Source of the DNA: Basidiobolus meristosporus CBS 931.73
Taxonomy: Eukaryota > Fungi > Basidiobolomycota
NCBI GenBank assembly: GCA_002104905.1
Contig: MCFE01000767.1
Coordinates: forward strand, 1-38,145
Reading direction: 5' to 3'
Length of the DNA: 38,145 bases
Positions 33,428 through 38,145 of the stretch are shown one piece after another. Within the stretch, counting starts at the first letter, position 1. Each line of letters opens with the position of its first letter. A program made the position numbers and the translations under genes. The notes below the pieces were generated by a model. The model searched no databases, was not told the origin of the DNA, and saw only the letters and a list, made by a program, of their open reading frames with translations.

Positions 33428-34866
33428 ATCATGAACATGGGTTGGTTACTCGTCGACATGCACAACATGCCCTGTACGTTACTGCTCAGATTTCTCGAAT
33501 GTATATTTCTCAACGTATTTAATCATCCTTCAGTCTAATAATGGTATCGTAGTATTACATCACCCGATCTAGCCATAGTATACATAGCACTCATCATCTC
33601 CACTGCCGTCAACTCAACCCAGCGTCCGATATATAGAATAAACGCTTCGTCATTCCAACCACCTGATTCTGATGTCCACAACTTGAGATGTTCTGTTTTC
33701 GTCTAGACGAATCCAGTCGGGATGCTACACGTGCCGTTCCTCCTAATGGACACCAGATCTATAATCATGCTTCTATCCAGCTTGGATTTGGGTTGACCAA
33801 AGAACGTCCACGCTGGATTGTCGGCGACAACCTCGGATCAACGCAACCAAAACCGATTTGTGTGCTGCATGTATCACCTAGGAAGCTGAGGCCAGAATGC
33901 TAGGTAATCATTTCTGGGCTTTTCATGTTACCTCCATCCAGCAATGGTTGACTTCGGATATCTTCTGGCTGGCTCAGTAGATGATCCAATCAGCACACAA
34001 GCTTACCACGCACCTATTGGTCTATATCGGGATCTGAATGGTGCTCTGTGCAAATTCAAGCTACTGAAAGAATTGCTCAGCAAGCTGCGGCAGTATTGGC
34101 ACCGGCTCTTGGCACTGAACTAGCGTGGCTAGCGAGCAGCCGAGGAAACACTGCATACGAAATGTATTTAATCTCTTGGTGCGACGGAAAGCAGCTCTTT
34201 GGGGGATTTGTACAAATATGACGGCGTTGTGATCAATGACCTAAGTATTAGAAACTCGGATTCTTTGATCCGACGCCATCAATAGCATTCCAAGAATATC
34301 AACCGAACCAGGAAGCGCTCACATGGCCAAACCATGCATCACCTCCTCGTTGAATAAATGGTTGGGTTATATCGATATAAACTAGCCATTAAACAAGGAC
34401 ATGGGTACTTGATATGGTCGTCGCATTTTACTCTCGTGCCATGACGTAAGGGCACAGCTAGGTGATTGGCCTGCGGCGCGAGAGAGTTCAATTTGGCATC
34501 AACTATATACGGTGCCCATTTGACTGATAGTAGACTTTCCAATGGGATTCTCTGTATATGAGCTAATGTAGATGTGGATGGTAATGGAAATAGGTAATTG
34601 CTTGGATCTGTTGCTGGATGATCAGATATAGTATTCATTTGCCCCAGGATCAAGAGTATATATTCACTACTCTATGTTGAAACGACTTGATGATTGGTTA
34701 AAAAAGGGATATCAGGAATACTTGTTATAACCATTTTGACCAGTCTAGTGGGCCAAGTATTGCTTTCGTTCAAAATACAACGATCAGTTGGTTTTTCATG
34801 CGGACACAATCAATTTGAAGATAATATGTATTGGTGAAGCTCTGTAACAGTCATAGAATGATGCTG

Positions 34867-35209
34867 TGTTGTAAGAGTTTTAGAGATATTGGTAGCGATT
34901 AGGAGAGCAGGTGGATATGTAGTGCACTTGATGATTCATTGAATGTAAATGTAATATGCATACGTTTACATGGCATTGGCAAAAAAACACATGGAATATT
35001 TTCACCAAAACATGAGGTACTGACAACATGAAAAACCAGTATGTTGTCCAAACAGCCCCAACCTTTTTACGCATATTTTTAGAACCTTCCCAAATATATT
35101 CCAACCAAGTCCCAACAAGGAACTTGGCCAGAACTCACTAAGCTTGTAGACTATGATATATGTGACTAAGTTAGGTGAATATTTATTTATTATTACAAAA
35201 TTCTCAACA
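34867..35209 (-). mobile_element. Full-length (343 nt) solo LTR with its central 98 nt inverted
   Basis: TGTTG at 34867 and CAACA ending at 35209. The flanking parts match the reverse-complement LTR while 34999-35096 matches the forward LTR. Flanks tgctg and ggtgc do not form a TSD. Confidence 0.85.
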
Positions 35210-35439
35210 GGTGCAACACTCATATCTGCTCCCCATTCCACCAGTAATAGCACTTGTATCAGTCAAAGTAGATATATATTTTGCAGCAGGGTATAGGAAG
35301 TGTTACTGTGCTGCCATACTGTGACAACTAGATATATTGTACTACAATTACACTCCCATTAGAAAAATGCAATTTATGTGAAATTAGATTCAACACTTCA
35401 ATACATAGCAAAAGAAAGTCATCATTTAGATGAAGTGAT

Positions 35440-35530
35440 TATTCAAAAGTCCTGTTCTAGGGTTTTGGGTGGAAACTGCTTCCAACATGTGAAATCTTTG
35501 TCTCAGCTGAACAAAGAAGCCTGCACTACT
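35440..35530 (+). pseudogene. Possible eroded copia integrase fragment
   Basis: One frame reads LFKSPVLGFWVETASNM*NL, resembling the integrase segment YDFWVESVATAVYL of the element at 1954-6634. Confidence 0.25.
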
Positions 35531-35655
35531 GCTATAGCTTTTGTATAAAAGTGTATAACTGTGGAGAGTTGGAAGGTAAGTTAATAAAAAGATATGATAA
35601 CTTCTCAGTACTAAAGACACTGTCCAGTGGGAAGGGGGGTAGCAAGAGTGGTACC

Positions 35656-36146
35656 TGTTGTAAGAGTCTTTGGGATATTAGAAATTATTGGGAGAGCAAG
35701 TAGATTATGTGACTTTCAATAAATGGTTGTCTGAGTGTGAAAGTGGTATTTATACTTTACACAGTCTTGGCAAAACAAACATGCCATTATGCTTAGGAAG
35801 GTGCCAAGAGCATGTGTGCAAAGCTTGGGGCTAATTGAACAATTTTGAGAATTTTTATCATTGGTGTATCTAATTTTATGGCTGGATTATTTTAAGTATA
35901 TCCCAACAAGGAATTTGGGCAGTATTCTAAAAGATTTGAAAAAGATGATCTAAGTGACTATGCTAGGTGAATATTTAGGTGGAATTACAAATTTTTACAA
36001 TCAAACCAATATACTCCACCTGCTCTTACAATCACTTCCAACCACTCTAATACTATTGCAGCATTCAAAGCATAGTATTTATCACAGGTACCCCCAATTT
36101 TGTACATGTATTTTTAGAATTTGCCTTAACCTATCCTGCATGGCTG
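35656..36146 (-). repeat. Reverse solo LTR (35656-36002) plus LTR-derived flank, homologous to 7133-7625
   Basis: Same order of parts and same junction words: acaatc|aaacc...gcagca|ttcaaagcatagtattt...ttgccttaacctat..gcatggctg versus acaacc|aaacc...acagca|ctcaaagcatagtattt...ttgccttaacctat..gcatggctg. Confidence 0.8.
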
Positions 36147-36444
36147 ATGTTGTGCACCAACATTTAAAAGCTTAGCCAATTTACTAAGTTACAAAATCAA
36201 GTACCCTAACTGAATTTTCCTAACCCAAACATAACTCATCCCAGTTATGGTTTATTTTATCACTTCTCAGAATCTGTTTTCAGCTGTCACACCTAATCAA
36301 TATTTGTGTGGTCATTACATCCTCAACCTGATCTGCTAAGCCTTTCTAGGTGATTAGTCATCAGAGATCTATCCAACCACTTAGCAGTTGCCAAGACATT
36401 AGCTGATAGATGATGCAAATTTTCATTTATCTTATGCACCTATC

Positions 36445-38145
36445 TGTTGTAAAAATTCGTATTTTCCACCAAAATATTCACCTAACTTAGTCACTTAGAT
36501 CATCACCTTCAAATCCTAGAGAATACTGACCAAATTCCTTGTTGGGATTTACTTAGAATATTTTCACCAAAATACCAGGTACCCAGAACATGAAAATTCT
36601 CAAAGTTGTCCAAACAGCCCCAAACTTTGCACACATGTTCTTGGGACCTTCATTAACCTATTCTATGTGTTTGTAATGCCAAGACCATGTAAAAGTATAA
36701 ATACTACTTTTACATTCAATAAATCATTAAGTGAAAACCACATAATCTACTTATTCTCCAAATCACTTCCAATATCTCCAAGACTCTTACAACAGGTTAT
36801 GAGCCCCGAGCTGTCACTCTCTGCAATGTCTACTACTGCTATTACTGGAATTTTTCCCTCTGCTGAAAAGTTGGATGGATCTAACTACCAAGTGTGGAAG
36901 GTGAAGATGAAGATGCTGCTGCAAGAAAGAGGCCTTTGGGATATTGTCATGGGAGAAGAATGCCCTCCTAAAAACGTGGGAGAGGAAGCCTTAAAGTACC
37001 AGAAGAAAGAACAAAGTGCCTTTAACTGCATTTGCCTTAATGTCAAGGACAAATTGCTAATTCAATGCTCAAGAGCAAAAACAGCAAAGAATGCCTGGAA
37101 GGCATTAGAAGACACCTACCAGTCATGTTCAGCTGCCAAGAAAATGTATCTGAGAAGAAAATTCTTTACTACAAAGATGCTGCCAGGAGAAGAAATGAAA
37201 AATCTAATTAACAGAATTACCCTGCTGGTAGATGAGATGGAATCTGTGGGCGTACCAACTACTGATGAGGATGTGATAGTTACCATCCTGAATAGCCTGA
37301 CAGACGAGTTTCAGGGCCTTGTATCAGCCCTAGAGTCCAGAACTGAAGATTTGACCTTAAATTACGTATATGGAAGGCTCCTGGATGAAGAATTAAGAAA
37401 ATCAAGCGCCAATAAGAAGGAAGAAGAAAATGCTTTAATAAGCAATGATAACCAACAAAGGAGGTACCCAAGACCCTACAAAGGCAACAGCAACCTATTT
37501 TGCAACTACTGCAAAAGGAAAGGACACACATCAGACCGGTGTCTCAAAAAGAGAGATTATCAGCAAAAGAAGCCTGAATATGGAAATGCTGCAACAACTG
37601 AAGATAGACTATTCATATCTGCACTAAATATGACCACAAACAAGGATTCTCAGACGTGGTATATTGACTCTGGAGCTTCTCAACACTTTACACACCAAAA
37701 AGAACTTTTTACCCAATATCAAGAAATTCCAATTAAGAAGGTTTTCATGGGTGACGATAGAACACTTGATGCAGTGGGAGAAGGAACTATCCAAGTAAAC
37801 CATAGAAGCAGTGAAGGAAGCCATACACTGACCTTTAAAGAAGTACTCTATGTACCAGAAATAGCCAAGAACCTACTCTCTGTAAGCAAGGCCACAGCAG
37901 AAGGACTCAGTTTCAGTTTTAACAATTCTGGATGCAGGATCACTGATCAAAATGGTGCTCATATTGCTTCGGGCATCAGAGATCAGAATTTATACAAGTT
38001 GACTTATATTCCATCATATCTGGAAGCCAATATAAGTAACTTAAATGAAGAAACACCAATGCTTTGGCACAGGAGATTTGGACACATCAATTTTGATTAT
38101 TTGCGTAAAATGATCAAAGATCAGCTAATTTCTGGAGTGAAAATT
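36445..38145 (+). mobile_element. Second Ty1/copia element, 5' part, truncated by the window edge
   Basis: 5' LTR 36445-36794 (TGTTG...CAACA, TATAAA at 36696-36701, AATAAA at 36718-36723), PBS 36795-36806, left flank CTATC. Confidence 0.97.
36799..38145 (+). CDS. Copia gag-pol polyprotein, open for 449 codons to the window end (missing from the ORF track)
   Basis: Translated by hand without a stop: MSPELSLSAMSTTAITG..., CNYCKRKGHTSDRC, WYIDSGASQHFT, LYVPEIAKNLLSV, LWHRRFGHINFDYL. Confidence 0.93.
   Translation, partial: MSPELSLSAMSTTAITGIFPSAEKLDGSNYQVWKVKMKMLLQERGLWDIVMGEECPPKNVGEEALKYQKKEQSAFNCICLNVKDKLLIQCSRAKTAKNAWKALEDTYQSCSAAKKMYLRRKFFTTKMLPGEEMKNLINRITLLVDEMESVGVPTTDEDVIVTILNSLTDEFQGLVSALESRTEDLTLNYVYGRLLDEELRKSSANKKEEENALISNDNQQRRYPRPYKGNSNLFCNYCKRKGHTSDRCLKKRDYQQKKPEYGNAATTEDRLFISALNMTTNKDSQTWYIDSGASQHFTHQKELFTQYQEIPIKKVFMGDDRTLDAVGEGTIQVNHRSSEGSHTLTFKEVLYVPEIAKNLLSVSKATAEGLSFSFNNSGCRITDQNGAHIASGIRDQNLYKLTYIPSYLEANISNLNEETPMLWHRRFGHINFDYLRKMIKDQLISGVKI

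Noticed and set aside
36148-36162. TGTTG-tgcac-CAACA, looking like a collapsed LTR
   Set aside because: 15 nt with no TSD; a chance palindrome is sufficient.
1-38145. CRISPR array, prokaryotic operon, rRNA
   Set aside because: No regularly spaced short repeats, the genes are spliced and widely spaced, and all longer repeats are LTR-derived.

Overview
Eukaryotic DNA with short GT-AG introns of about 55-70 nt; an early-diverging fungus is likely, but that is inference. Both ends of the window are dominated by one Ty1/copia LTR-retrotransposon family with ~350-bp TGTTG...CAACA LTRs and a half-tRNA-iMet primer site. It contributes a decayed full-length element (1954-6634, TSD TGCTA), an apparently intact copy running off the right edge (from 36445), and many solo or partial LTRs. 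Several of these LTRs are nested inside one another, and two carry internal micro-inversions. Six host genes are supportable: a GT23/FUT8-like fucosyltransferase; an 8-exon orphan receptor (signal peptide, PA-like ectodomain, 7 TM) that the ORF track fragments; a small PH-like protein; two head-to-head TMEM198/DUF4203-like paralogs; and an UNC-93-like MFS transporter. All alignments, counts and splice models were done by eye and family names come from recalled motifs; no database search was run.
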